The translations under genes were made by a program, and so were the position numbers. Below are positions 47,151 to 57,034 of a stretch of DNA of 63,729 bases, one piece after another (the first letter of the stretch is position 1; each line of letters starts with the position of its first letter). Under the pieces are notes generated by a model. The model saw only the letters and a program-made list of their open reading frames with translations. It was not told the origin of the DNA and did no database searches. This stretch comes from a virus (lineage: Duplodnaviria; Caudoviricetes), in IMG/VR virus record IMGVR_UViG_3300032316_001298, positions 1 to 63,729 of that record; one strand, written 5' to 3'.

Positions 47151-47756
47151 TTAGAATGCCCAGCGGTGCTTGACCCAGAAGGTGGTTTCTTCGGAGGACG
47201 AGCGTTGCTGGACGGGGTAGGGTGAGTTGGTGCGCTTGGCGACGAGTCCTTCGTAGAGGTCGGCGTCAAGGGCTTGGTTTTCGGATTTGAGGTTGAGGTA
47301 GAGTTCGTCGATGACTTCTGGGATGTAGCCTTCGATTGTGTAGATGGCGCATTGCACCGGAGGGCCGAATTGCCATGGGTGCCAGTTGGGCACGGTTTTC
47401 ATGGCGGCTTCCAGTTTGGCCTTGCGCTTGTCGTAGGGGGTGATCCGATCCGTCCCGGACGGGATGTAGTCGAACACTACGAGGCTGCCGCGCCCGAGGT
47501 TGAGGCGCCGTTCCAAGGCTTCGCAGTCGAGCCATTCGGGAACGTCGGCTGTGGCGAGCGTGTCCAGCACCGGCTTGAAGCAGTCTTCGATAGACAGCCT
47601 CTCGCCGTGCCGGTTCCACATACGCCCGGTCGGGGCATGGACTAACGCGCGCCAGCCGTTCAGCTTGGGTTCGTAAGTCCAATGCCCCGATTTGGGGCGC
47701 GCCCGCTCCAACGGCCCGCCATTGATCGGGCGGGCCGGATAGGAGGGGAGGGTCAT
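47151..47756 (-). CDS. ATP-dependent ligase-like nucleotidyltransferase domain protein
   Basis: YEPKLNGWR, LDCE, VVFD, EGLVAKR, WVK. Confidence 0.8.
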   Translation of the reverse strand: MTLPSYPARPINGGPLERARPKSGHWTYEPKLNGWRALVHAPTGRMWNRHGERLSIEDCFKPVLDTLATADVPEWLDCEALERRLNLGRGSLVVFDYIPSGTDRITPYDKRKAKLEAAMKTVPNWHPWQFGPPVQCAIYTIEGYIPEVIDELYLNLKSENQALDADLYEGLVAKRTNSPYPVQQRSSSEETTFWVKHRWAF

Positions 47757-47759
47757 GGA

Positions 47760-48425
47760 TCAGTCTTTCTTGCGACCCTTGGTTTTGACCGAGGCGATGA
47801 TCGGGCAGATCAGATCCACGGCGCGGTTTTCGTCCACGGACAGCGCGGTGTGGCGCGCGGTGTGGAATTCCGCCGTAGGCTTGATCACCGATTTGGCGGT
47901 CAGGGCATCACCGGCATTGAATCGGGCGAACAGGGCGCTCAACTCTTCGATGAGGGTTTCCGCCTCGCTTTCGGGGATCTTGTCGCCGTCCACCTTGAGT
48001 TCGAACGACTGCCGGAAGAAGCGCGCGGTGCGATCTTCTCCGATGGTGTCGATGAGCGATTCCTCGCTGGCGATGGTTTTGTAGCGACTGGTGAACGACA
48101 CGAGCACGGATTCACCGCTCGGATCGTAGGCCTCGACGGACGAGGCGATGTCGTGTTTGCCGGAGTAGTGGTCGAAGTAATACTCCTGCGCGGTGCCCCG
48201 CAGCTCGGCTTTCTTGATGTCCAGGCTGCCTTCGAGGGCTTCCATTTCGGCGGTTTCGCGGCGGATGTCGGCCACGAGTTTGGCGACATCTCCGTTGGGG
48301 TCAGGGAGGACGGGGTAAGCCGTCTTGGTTTTGCTGGCCGTCTTGGTGGCGATGCCGCCGAGGTTCACTTTTTTCAAGCCTGCGGCTTTGGCCGGGGCTT
48401 TGCGTTCTGCTGTTGTTGTTGGCAT
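47760..48425 (-). CDS. hypothetical protein
   Basis: Long ORF with strong codon bias. Confidence 0.7.
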   Translation of the reverse strand: MPTTTAERKAPAKAAGLKKVNLGGIATKTASKTKTAYPVLPDPNGDVAKLVADIRRETAEMEALEGSLDIKKAELRGTAQEYYFDHYSGKHDIASSVEAYDPSGESVLVSFTSRYKTIASEESLIDTIGEDRTARFFRQSFELKVDGDKIPESEAETLIEELSALFARFNAGDALTAKSVIKPTAEFHTARHTALSVDENRAVDLICPIIASVKTKGRKKD

Positions 48426-48731
48426 AGTTGGTTCCACCAGAAAATGAAGGCTGCCACTCGGCAGTCTTCAAGGTGGCGAAAAGCGTAGAAATTGCCGTGG
48501 ATCACTCTGGTTCCATCGGGCAAGTAGGCATACCAAGGGCGGAGAGCGGTGGGATGCCCGCAATGCAGGACTTCGATGCCGGTGCAGTGCTTGTATTTGC
48601 AGAAAAGAGTCGGGTAGAGCGGATGCCCTTTTTCCCGTCGCCACTGACTTTTCCAGCGTTTGCGAAAACGCGCGTTGGTTTCTAACTCGTCGCGGAACTC
48701 GCTGAAGGTCAGCGCCCCATGGCGGCGGCAT
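48374..48731 (-). pseudogene. hypothetical protein frameshifted at a G4 run near its start
   Basis: MPPPW + ALTFSEFRDEL..HCGHPTALRPWY.. reads through if one G is removed at 48715-48718. Confidence 0.5.
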
Positions 48732-48940
48732 CAGAGAGTAGTTCCGCTGGAGGGTTGATCACCGACATGGCGGCGGCAGGCTTGCCGGATCACGGATTCC
48801 AGCTTGTCGAGGGTGGCCGCGCTGACGCGGGTGAACTTGTGGTGGCGGGACTTCTTGGCGTGATCCAAGAGGTAGGCTTTCACCTTGGAGCGGCAAAGCA
48901 GGCTACTGTTGATTTTGGCGGCGGTTTGGGTGGTTTCCAT
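48731..48940 (-). CDS. histone-fold-like small basic protein
   Basis: LLCRSKVKAYL..RVSAATLDKLESVIRQAC..GTTL. Confidence 0.55.
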   Translation of the reverse strand: METTQTAAKINSSLLCRSKVKAYLLDHAKKSRHHKFTRVSAATLDKLESVIRQACRRHVGDQPSSGTTL

Positions 48941-48965
48941 AGGTTGACAAAAGGGATGAGATATT

Positions 48966-49286
48966 ATGCCTTGGTCTTCTACTCCTTCACTGATGCTGGG
49001 AACGGCTTACGCCGCGAGTTCTACAAATGTCACTTTGGCTATTGCCGACTTCTCGGAATTGACCAGCGGGGAAGCCAACGCGACAACGGGAGACAGCCGT
49101 AAAATCCTCTTCGCTTTGCTGGAAGGCGTATACAACCGTTACAGGGCTTTGGCTGATACCGACGAATCCAACAAGATGAAGGTGAATCGCAGCCGGAATC
49201 TGAATGCAGACGACACGATTACTTCGACCTACACATTCACATTCACACTGTCGGCGACAGGCTTGGATGTAGTGACCCCCGACTAA
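48966..49286 (+). CDS. plus-strand moron: Thr/Ser-rich putative structural protein
   Basis: TTGACA-N16-ATG and own terminator. Confidence 0.65.
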   Translation: MPWSSTPSLMLGTAYAASSTNVTLAIADFSELTSGEANATTGDSRKILFALLEGVYNRYRALADTDESNKMKVNRSRNLNADDTITSTYTFTFTLSATGLDVVTPD

Positions 49287-49312
49287 CGACTCTTGTGGGG
49301 ACGAGAGGTGCG

Positions 49313-49341
49313 GCGGGCGCTTCGGCGCCCGCTTCACTTTT
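49313..49341 (+). terminator. terminator of the 48966 moron
   Basis: gcgggcgc-ttcg-gcgcccgc then ttcactttt. Confidence 0.7.
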
Positions 49342-49771
49342 GGAAGTTGGACTTGAGGAGCGCTGCGGCGTAGCCGCTCAAGCCGATACGTGTGGATCGC
49401 AAATAGGTGCGCCCTTGAACCGGACGAAAGTAGATTTGTCTTTTTGCAATGCTTACGGCATCTGCTTCGTCACGAGCTAACACGTTGGCTACGAATTCGT
49501 GCATTGTTTTGCCGATGCGATATACGGCAAAGTAATCGCGATCCTCATACAAGCGCCGCCGCCGTTCGGCAGCAAGCCATGCAAAATCAAGCTGATTCAC
49601 GGCGTTTGCGTTTGGGTTTGGTGGCCGGTGTTGCTTCGACGGCATCGGCGAAGGGGTTGATGGCGAGCAGGCCGCGGACGACGCGGAGGGAGAGCACGGC
49701 ATCCATGGCAAGAGTCAGGGTTTGCCAGATGAGGCGGTCGGAATCTTCGGGATCCCAAGGGTTTTCGAATT

Positions 49772-50287
49772 TCATGCGGAGAATTCCATGTTGAAGGCCC
49801 GGTAGATTTGTCCGGTGCGTTCGTAGATGGCGAATTCGCGCTTGGCGGGGTCGGGGTAGGCCAGCGCAAAAAGACAATTCATGAACGGCCAGTGCCGGTG
49901 AATCCAGTGGACGAGTTCCGGCCGGTTGTAGTCGATCATGGTCGCCATGGAGCCGGGGCGTTTGTAGGAGTTGAGGTTGTTGTGGCAGCACCAAGCGACC
50001 ATCTGCGGCATCTCGGCCAGCACGCTGCCGAAGAAGAAAATGTAGGGCCAGCGCCGGTCGAGTTCCTGCCAGTAGGCGCGGATCTCGGGGATGGTGTAGA
50101 TTTCATCGTCTACGTCGTTATAGCCGTCGATAAGCACGGCAAAGGTGTCCACGAGGTCGGGTTCGGGATTGAGCACGTAGGGGGTCATCCGTTCGATGAA
50201 GGGTTGCACGTTGCAGTCGAGGACTTCTTGCTTCGGCACGTTGTAGAGGCGCAGGGTTCGCCCATGCGGGAGAGGTGGTGTGGTCAT
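49772..50287 (-). CDS. CRR6/DUF1817-like protein
   Basis: IDGYND..EIYTIPEIRAYWQELDRRWPY. Confidence 0.65.
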   Translation of the reverse strand: MTTPPLPHGRTLRLYNVPKQEVLDCNVQPFIERMTPYVLNPEPDLVDTFAVLIDGYNDVDDEIYTIPEIRAYWQELDRRWPYIFFFGSVLAEMPQMVAWCCHNNLNSYKRPGSMATMIDYNRPELVHWIHRHWPFMNCLFALAYPDPAKREFAIYERTGQIYRAFNMEFSA

Positions 50288-52538
50288 GGATTGGTCAAAG
50301 ATGGTGCCGATGGACGGGAGAAGATGGTCTGCCACCTGATTCGCTTGCCTTGGTAGATGTGCCGTTCTTCGGCATAGCGAAGATCGTAGATATACTTGTA
50401 GTTGTTGGGCCAAGCATTGCGGATGCCGCTTTCCACGATTTCGCGCACTTTGGCATCGGAATGCTTGGCATCCACGGTCACGGAAACGTCAAGTTGGACG
50501 CGGATTTCTTGTTGCATAGAGGTAGTTGGAGTTGTGTGGAATGGGAAAGCTGATGTTGCCGTTCGAGCCATTGCCGAAGATGCATGGCTCGCCAATGGGC
50601 ATCGCAAGAGCGCCGTTCTCGGCGTAGAATCCGATGTCCACATCCTCATTCCCTTCCGGTGCGGAGGGATCTTCCGATTGCGTCATCATGATGTAGGCAT
50701 CGGGGCAGTCCTCAAAGACACACAGAGGGTCGCAGCCAGCGTTTTTGTCGTTGAACATCCGGATAAACGCATCGCATCCGCCGCCTGTGCCGGTGCGGTG
50801 AAAGCCGCATTCGTTGAGGGCGATGTGAAGTTCGGTGGTGGTCATTTGTCAAGCACCACTTCGGGATATTTGCTCATGTCGAGCTTTTGCAGTGTTCCCC
50901 ATGCGACCACTTGGCACCAACTGCCGATGAACGGCGGAATGTAGTCGCCGTCCTCGTAGCCATTGAGTGTGATGTGAGCGCGCTTGGCGTCTTCGGCAAT
51001 GTGCTGGTATTGGCAGTCTTCGGTCTGGTGGTTGATCCAGCCCGAGACGATGAGGGGCTTGTCATACATGGTTTTCTTGAGCCTGCGACCTTTGTAGGTG
51101 CTGGCTCTTGCGTTGCTGGCCGCTTCCATAAGGTCGGCGCCGTGCCCGTAGTAACCGGCACTGGTGGCGACAAGATAGAATATGCGGGTGATTGGTTTGT
51201 TGGTTGGTTTTTTCATCGTGAAAGTAATGCGCTTTGACGTTGCATCCATCCATCCGGCGCGGGATCAATCCAAGTGATGATTGTTTGCCCTTTAACTCGC
51301 CGCATGATGCCACGTCTACCATCGCTTTCGTGGTTCCACCTAATCCGCTTGGGCTTCGGCCGGTGTGCCATTTGCAGCTTTACGTAGTCAGCGTTGGTAA
51401 GAATCCCCGCCGAGACGTATGCGCTGGCTCGGTAGAGATTCGGGTTGGACTTGAAGTGCTCAAGTGCTTCTTTTCTGTTCATTAAAGAGGGGTCATTCCT
51501 CCGGCTCAATAGGCTCGTCGCAGTAGTAGCCGGGATCGGTCAGGACATCGCTGCGGTAGCGCGACAGTTTTTCTTTGCGACATTTGGGGCAGACGTAGGC
51601 GAGAAAGATGCCTCTAGCGTCAAACTCGGCATCGGCTTCTTGTCCGCTGCCGCATGGACAATCTTCGAGGTAGGTCTTCATGGGTGAGTGTCGAGTGTCT
51701 GGACCAAGTATTTGATCGCGTAGGTAAACTCGTCGTAGTCGAGATACAGTTGGTGCAGGAATGCGTTCGGCGGAGACTCCAGCGCATCCAGATGATGCGC
51801 GTATCGCTCGGACGCCTTTAAGTGCAGTTCCTCGATGCGATCAAGGATTGCTTGTCTTGTGTAGTGGCGGTGTGTTCCCCGCTCCTTGTGCTGTTGGATA
51901 ATCGTCGGGATGTCTTTGTAGGTGTCGGTCATGATGGCAAAGTTACGTCGATGTGAATCCACTCGTCGCAAGCATCCAACGAGCACTTGGCGTTGGGCCA
52001 GCGTTCGCGGATCTCTTTGCGGATTTCTTTGGCGGCGGCGACCACGGCGGGATCGGGTATGCAGTCGGTTCCGTTGCCGCACCCGCGTTCGCTGACGCTT
52101 ACGCTGGTTGCGGTGGAGTCGTCTGTGGACCAGCCCTTGCGGTTGAGGTAGGTTTCGATTTCTTGGATGTTCATGCGCGGGCCAGTTCGTTGTTGATGGC
52201 GTCGAGGATGACTTGTTCAATAGCCTCATCCGAAAGGCTGTCATGCGAGCCATCGGTGAGTTGTGCAACGCGCTGGGCGTTGTAGCGGCGGAGGATCAAA
52301 AGCAATCCTTCGAACGCGCTGCGGTCTTTTATTGGGATCATGGTGTGACGAGTTCGGTGTGGTTGGGGTAGCGTTTCTGGTGGAGATCAACGAGGTGGTT
52401 GATCATCGAGCTGGTGACTTGACCGCGGCCTTCGTAGTTGCCGAGGTCTTCCAGCACCATTTCGAATTCCTCTTTGGCGCGTTGGTGCAGCGCGCCGATG
52501 AGTGACAGCGTGAGCGGGTCGAGTTGGGTTTTTGGCAT
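50284..52538 (-). other. array of small hypothetical early genes (50284-50517, 50489-50845, 50842-51216, 51213-51482, 51493-51681 Cys-rich, 51678-51932, 51929-52174, 52338-52538)
   Basis: Tightly coupled minus-strand ORFs; CPCGSG..DARGIF..CPKC in 51493-51681. Confidence 0.6.
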
Positions 52539-52542
52539 AAAG

Positions 52543-54165
52543 CTATGCGGCGAGTTTGCGGATGTTGTTGGTTTTGGTGTTGACGGTGGGGGTGGAGGCG
52601 TTAGTCGCTTTACCGGCGAGGCGGCGGCGGCGCGCTTCGATCTGTTCGATCATGGTGACGCTGGTCGGGGTGAAGCCGGAGAGCGCGTCAACGCAATCCA
52701 CCATGCCGGGGGCGCGGCCTGCGTTGAAGGCGAGTTCGATGGCTTTGCGCCATGCGTCCTCGATTTGGCGACCGGAGAATCCCTCGGTGGCAGCGGCGAG
52801 CGTGGGCAGATCGAACTTGTTGATGTCCCACGGCTCGGTTTGCTCCTCGCGCAGCTTGGGAATGTGGATGCGCCAGATGGCTTCGCGTTCGGCGGCGTTG
52901 GGAAGTTCGACAGACCAGACTTTGAGTCGGTCGATCAGCGGGTCGGGGATGGCGTCGATGTCGTTCGCGGTAAAGACGAAGAAGATCCCGTGCGAGTTGT
53001 ATTGCATATCCTGCAGGATGGATTTGAAGACGCGGTTGGTCGTGCCGCCGTCTGTCTTGCCGCTGGAAGCGGCACCGGAGGTGAGGCCGTCAACCTCGTC
53101 GATCCAGAACACGCAGGGAGCGATGGCTTTGGCGGTGGCGAAGGCGGTGCGCCAGTTGCGTTCGGATTCGCCGACGAGGGAGGCGAAGATGTTACCGGCA
53201 TCGAGGCGCAAGGTCGGGATGCCGAAGTTGCTGCCGCAGACTTGGCTGGTGAGGGATTTGCCGGTGCCCGCTTGGCCGACGAATAGAAAGCCGCGCGGCG
53301 GTTCCACACCGGCACGCCGCGCTTCCGGCGTGAAGAGTTTGCGTTTGGAGAGGAGGTCGGCTTTGAGGACATCGAGGCCGCCGACATCATCAAGGGTCAG
53401 CTTGGGTTCGATGATTTCGAGGAGGCCATTCTTCTTCACGGCGGCAGCTTTCTCGCGGGTGATGATCTTGGTGTCGAAGGTTCCGGTTTCGATGATGGTG
53501 AGGGCGAGGGCATCCTCGGCTTCGTTGGTGGTGAGGCCGGAGAGTGCATCGAGCACCTTGCCCAGCGTTTGCTCATCGGGCATCGGGATCACGCGCGTCA
53601 CATTCCCCTCGGCATCCTTGCGGTCGTTCGACTTACATAAGGTGTCGATCACGCTGGTCAGCTCGTCCCTGGTGGGTAGCTCGAAGTCGAGCAACACGAT
53701 GAGTTTTTCGAGGTCGGGCGGCAGCTTGATGGTCGGACCGAGCAGGATAATACACTTTTGCGATGCTTTGGCGTGCCACAAGACTTCCTTGAACTTCCGG
53801 TAGATGACCGGATTTGGCTGGTCGAGGAAGTGGTGGTAGTCGTTGAGCAGCACAATGGTTTTGTCTGGTGCGGCAATGATGCCATCGAAGACTTCGATGG
53901 GATTGCCGTCCTCGCCGAATCCGGCGCCGGTGTTCACATCGGTGCGTCCGGTCGTGATGCTCCATGAATGGAGATTGTATAGTTGGACGGCAATTTCCGG
54001 TGCGTCGGGAGTCAGTGCGCGCTGTGCTTCTGCTTTCGCCACTTCTTGGTCGTTGAGGTCGGTGATGGCGTGGCGGATCATGGCTTGGCAGCGGTGCTCT
54101 TCGTGCGATTGCAAGGCAAGGCCGGGGTATCCGGCTTTGAGGTAGTTAATAATGCGGGATTTCAT
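52543..54165 (-). CDS. Ycf46-like AAA+ ATPase
   Basis: AGYP..SHEEHR, LLNDYHHFL, DVGGLDVLK, GQAGTGKSL, VGESERN, WIDEVD, GFSGRQIE. Confidence 0.88.
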   Translation of the reverse strand: MKSRIINYLKAGYPGLALQSHEEHRCQAMIRHAITDLNDQEVAKAEAQRALTPDAPEIAVQLYNLHSWSITTGRTDVNTGAGFGEDGNPIEVFDGIIAAPDKTIVLLNDYHHFLDQPNPVIYRKFKEVLWHAKASQKCIILLGPTIKLPPDLEKLIVLLDFELPTRDELTSVIDTLCKSNDRKDAEGNVTRVIPMPDEQTLGKVLDALSGLTTNEAEDALALTIIETGTFDTKIITREKAAAVKKNGLLEIIEPKLTLDDVGGLDVLKADLLSKRKLFTPEARRAGVEPPRGFLFVGQAGTGKSLTSQVCGSNFGIPTLRLDAGNIFASLVGESERNWRTAFATAKAIAPCVFWIDEVDGLTSGAASSGKTDGGTTNRVFKSILQDMQYNSHGIFFVFTANDIDAIPDPLIDRLKVWSVELPNAAEREAIWRIHIPKLREEQTEPWDINKFDLPTLAAATEGFSGRQIEDAWRKAIELAFNAGRAPGMVDCVDALSGFTPTSVTMIEQIEARRRRLAGKATNASTPTVNTKTNNIRKLAA

Positions 54166-54345
54166 CGTTGGTTGGTTTGGGAATGTGGCCAAGTTCGCGG
54201 TATTCGACTTCGGCAATTTCTGCGGCTTCAAACTCGTAGCATTGGTATTTGTGCATGAGTTCGTAGATGCGCTGGCGGTAGCGATGGGGGGATCGCACTG
54301 CCGGATGGTTGGGATCGGGCGGATACGGAGCAACAGCGTTGAGCG

Positions 54346-54579
54346 TCATAGTCTTTCAGTGAAATACTCACGTTCCCATGCAAGGCAGGTGGCGCGGTCG
54401 GGGTGGGTGAAGAGGGCTTCGCCCGTGTGGTCCGGCAGGGAGACTTCCCACTCTTGCGATGCGGCGTTGAACTCCACGTGGGAAGCGCGCCGCATGGTCA
54501 TGCGACCGAGATTCAACTTATGTAAGCGGTCATCGTAGAGAGTTACGATGTCCCCTTCGGTGGTGATGGTGAGGGTCAT
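54346..54579 (-). CDS. hypothetical protein associated with the AAA cluster
   Basis: G..VTLYDD, RRASHVEF, CLAWE. Confidence 0.6.
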   Translation of the reverse strand: MTLTITTEGDIVTLYDDRLHKLNLGRMTMRRASHVEFNAASQEWEVSLPDHTGEALFTHPDRATCLAWEREYFTERL

Positions 54580-54762
54580 GCTGGATGGATTGGAGATTTG
54601 AAATTGGAGATTTCAGAGAAGAAGCGACTAACGTGCTGGCTCCCGATCCACTCGGCGGCGTGGGAGTAGGAATCAAAGGTAGCGACCTGATCAGCAATCC
54701 GGTCGTGGACAACGTAGCGCCGTCGAGAAATGGAATACGGATTAAGCAGGACCAGTTCAAAT

Positions 54763-54945
54763 TCAGCCGATTTGCTGGACGGCTTTGGCTTGCTGGTAGT
54801 ATTCGGGTTTTTTGATGTCATGGGAGACGGCTCCGAGGGCTTGCTCGATGGCTTTGGTGGCATCGGTGCAGGACGATCCGGTGAAGCCGTTGGCTTCCAC
54901 GGTGGTCTTGCCCGATTCGTCGATGGTGATTTCGATGGTTTTCAT
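54763..54945 (-). CDS. DUF2997-like protein
   Basis: MKTIEITIDESGKTTVEANGFTGSSCTDATKAIEQALG..KPEYY. Confidence 0.8.
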   Translation of the reverse strand: MKTIEITIDESGKTTVEANGFTGSSCTDATKAIEQALGAVSHDIKKPEYYQQAKAVQQIG

Positions 54946-55274
54946 GGTTTTCTCCAAGGGAAGATCAGTTTCCAGCCGCCGGAATTGCGGAACCGGCGCA
55001 TAAAGTATTGGATCTGGTTGGCTTCGTGGTGTGGGAGATGCATGAACGGCTTCTCGTCCAGCATGTAGAGGGCGTTGTAGACGGCTTGCCCGCAATTCAG
55101 CGGCGCTGCGGACGGCGAGGGCAGCGGATCGTCCAAGGCGTGAAGATCGGCGGCGATCTCTTGGAGGAGATCGTCGCATAACGTAATCGGTCCGTTTGAG
55201 CTGTAGTCCGCCTCGTGCTTGAGAAACACATCAGCAACTTCGCGGATGGTGATGGCTTGGTCGCTATGGGACAT
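54942..55274 (-). CDS. hypothetical protein
   Basis: Coupled ORF between DUF1257-like and DUF2997-like genes. Confidence 0.55.
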   Translation of the reverse strand: MSHSDQAITIREVADVFLKHEADYSSNGPITLCDDLLQEIAADLHALDDPLPSPSAAPLNCGQAVYNALYMLDEKPFMHLPHHEANQIQYFMRRFRNSGGWKLIFPWRKP

Positions 55275-55701
55275 TGATGGTGAGTTTGGTTTTGCCGTTG
55301 AGGTCGCGGCGGGTGTAGGTCCAGCCTTGCTTCTTGGCTTGTTGGATGGCGGCGTGGGTGGCGTAGGCTCGTTTCAGCTTGGTGCCTTCGTTGCCGCCGA
55401 TGGCGTTGCTGATCGGTCGGCCTTGGGCGCCGTAGAAGTCGAAGAGCAGGGTGTAGTGGCTGTGACCACGGGCACGGGCCACGCCGATTTCCCAGGTGGT
55501 GCCGGGGACTTTGATGGCGTGTTGGCAATGGCCGAGGTCGTGCTGGGTGAAACCTTGCGGCAACGGGTAGTCGCCTACATGGGTGCCGAACCAGTTGTAG
55601 GATTTCTGGTCGCGGACGAGGGTGAGGCCGAGTTCGCGGCAAGCCGCGTCGAGGGCGTCAAGGTCGGTGATTTGCAGTTGGATTTTGGCAACGTGTGACA
55701 T
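55264..55701 (-). CDS. DUF1257 (Ycf35)-like protein
   Basis: MSHVAKIQLQITDLDALDAACRELG, WEIGV, LKRAYA..AKKQGW. Confidence 0.8.
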   Translation of the reverse strand: MSHVAKIQLQITDLDALDAACRELGLTLVRDQKSYNWFGTHVGDYPLPQGFTQHDLGHCQHAIKVPGTTWEIGVARARGHSHYTLLFDFYGAQGRPISNAIGGNEGTKLKRAYATHAAIQQAKKQGWTYTRRDLNGKTKLTINVP

Positions 55702-55848
55702 AAGCGGTTTGGTGAAGAAGGGCGCGCACTTGCGAGGCCCAGAGGTAAGTAGAATCGTCCTCCCCCCACTGGACGGCGAGAGAGTCAAGGCTCTCGCCGT
55801 CGGTGAGGAGAAGGTCGGCTTCCTGCAAGAGATGCCGGATGATGAAGT

Positions 55849-56724
55849 TCACGCGGCGAGCTTGCGGTTGCCGAGGCCGCCGAAGGTGTCGGCGATGATT
55901 TTGCCTTTGTTGGCGATGATGCTGCGGTTGACGGCGCTCTCGCGGAGGATGTCGGGTGCAACGAGCAGGTCGGATTGGCAGCGTTGGACGAGGCTGGCAA
56001 GGGTCGGATCGTTAGTGAGGTTGAAGGCCGGAACGAGCTTGAGCAGTTCCGCGAGGTTCTCGATGAGGCTGTCGTAGATTTTCGTGCTGGGACGAGTCAG
56101 GACATCGGTGATGTGGGCGACCTGTGTAAGCACGCGCTCCATGGCTTGTTTGACGCCGTTTTGGGCGGCGATTTCGACCTGACGGGCGAGGTTAGCCTGG
56201 ACGGCGGCGGTTTGCTCTTGGCCGAGGTATTTGACCAGCATGTCCGAGCTTCGGGGCAGCGGCGCGGTGGCCAAGGAGAAGCTAAAGCGTGAGCGGACGT
56301 TGTGCTCGCTTGGGTAGTTGCCGCGGTCGAAGGTGCCGTTGAGCACTCCGGCGCAGTCGGCGAGGATCTGCGGGAAGCGGACGGCAAAGTAGTCGGCTTC
56401 GTCGTCGAACTTGCGGCGGTAGTCCTCCATGCGGGAGTTGTAGTCGGAGTAGGCCACGGAGGGCAGCAAGTCGCCAAAGGAGGAGCGCAATGTCTGCATC
56501 CCGTGGAACTTGCGGGCTTGGGTGACGATACTTTGGATGGCGGCGAGGGGCGAAGGCTTGCCGTCTTTGGACGGGTAGAGCTTCTTTACCCAAGCGCCGC
56601 CGTCGCGTCCGATGCTGTGCTCGGACTGCACTTCGGTGGTGATATTCTCGTCAGTTACGGACTTGCCAACCATGGAAATGGTCGGCTTAACGACGAGCAC
56701 CTTTGAGGCGATGGTGTCGATCAT
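55849..56724 (-). CDS. DUF3150-like protein
   Basis: YPSEHNVRSRFSF, YDSLIENL..FNLTNDP.L. Confidence 0.55.
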   Translation of the reverse strand: MIDTIASKVLVVKPTISMVGKSVTDENITTEVQSEHSIGRDGGAWVKKLYPSKDGKPSPLAAIQSIVTQARKFHGMQTLRSSFGDLLPSVAYSDYNSRMEDYRRKFDDEADYFAVRFPQILADCAGVLNGTFDRGNYPSEHNVRSRFSFSLATAPLPRSSDMLVKYLGQEQTAAVQANLARQVEIAAQNGVKQAMERVLTQVAHITDVLTRPSTKIYDSLIENLAELLKLVPAFNLTNDPTLASLVQRCQSDLLVAPDILRESAVNRSIIANKGKIIADTFGGLGNRKLAA

Positions 56725-57034
56725 GTGTTTGTGGAAAGCGCGTTCGGAAAACAACGGGGTAAGTCCGCGAACGCGAGCGGACTTACAAAAGTCGGGGCTG
56801 GATCTGGAGGCGCTGTCTACTTACCGAAAATCCGCTCTTCCAAGCGCCAGCCAAGAAAGTGGCCGGAGGAGGAGCGGTTTGGGTAATAGCGGTAGCGGCA
56901 ACCGGCGTAATAACCTTGGTAGTCCAAGGCGAATTGCAGGCGCTTGATGGTGAAAAAGCGGGACGGCGCTCTGAGGGCGATCGGCTGATCGTCCACGATG
57001 GCGAGCAGGCTGTCGCGGATGGCGCGGGTGACTT

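Noticed and set aside
52438-53803. Plus-strand ORFs of 282 and 415 aa opposite the AAA ATPase
   Set aside because: Shadow frames with no recognisable features.
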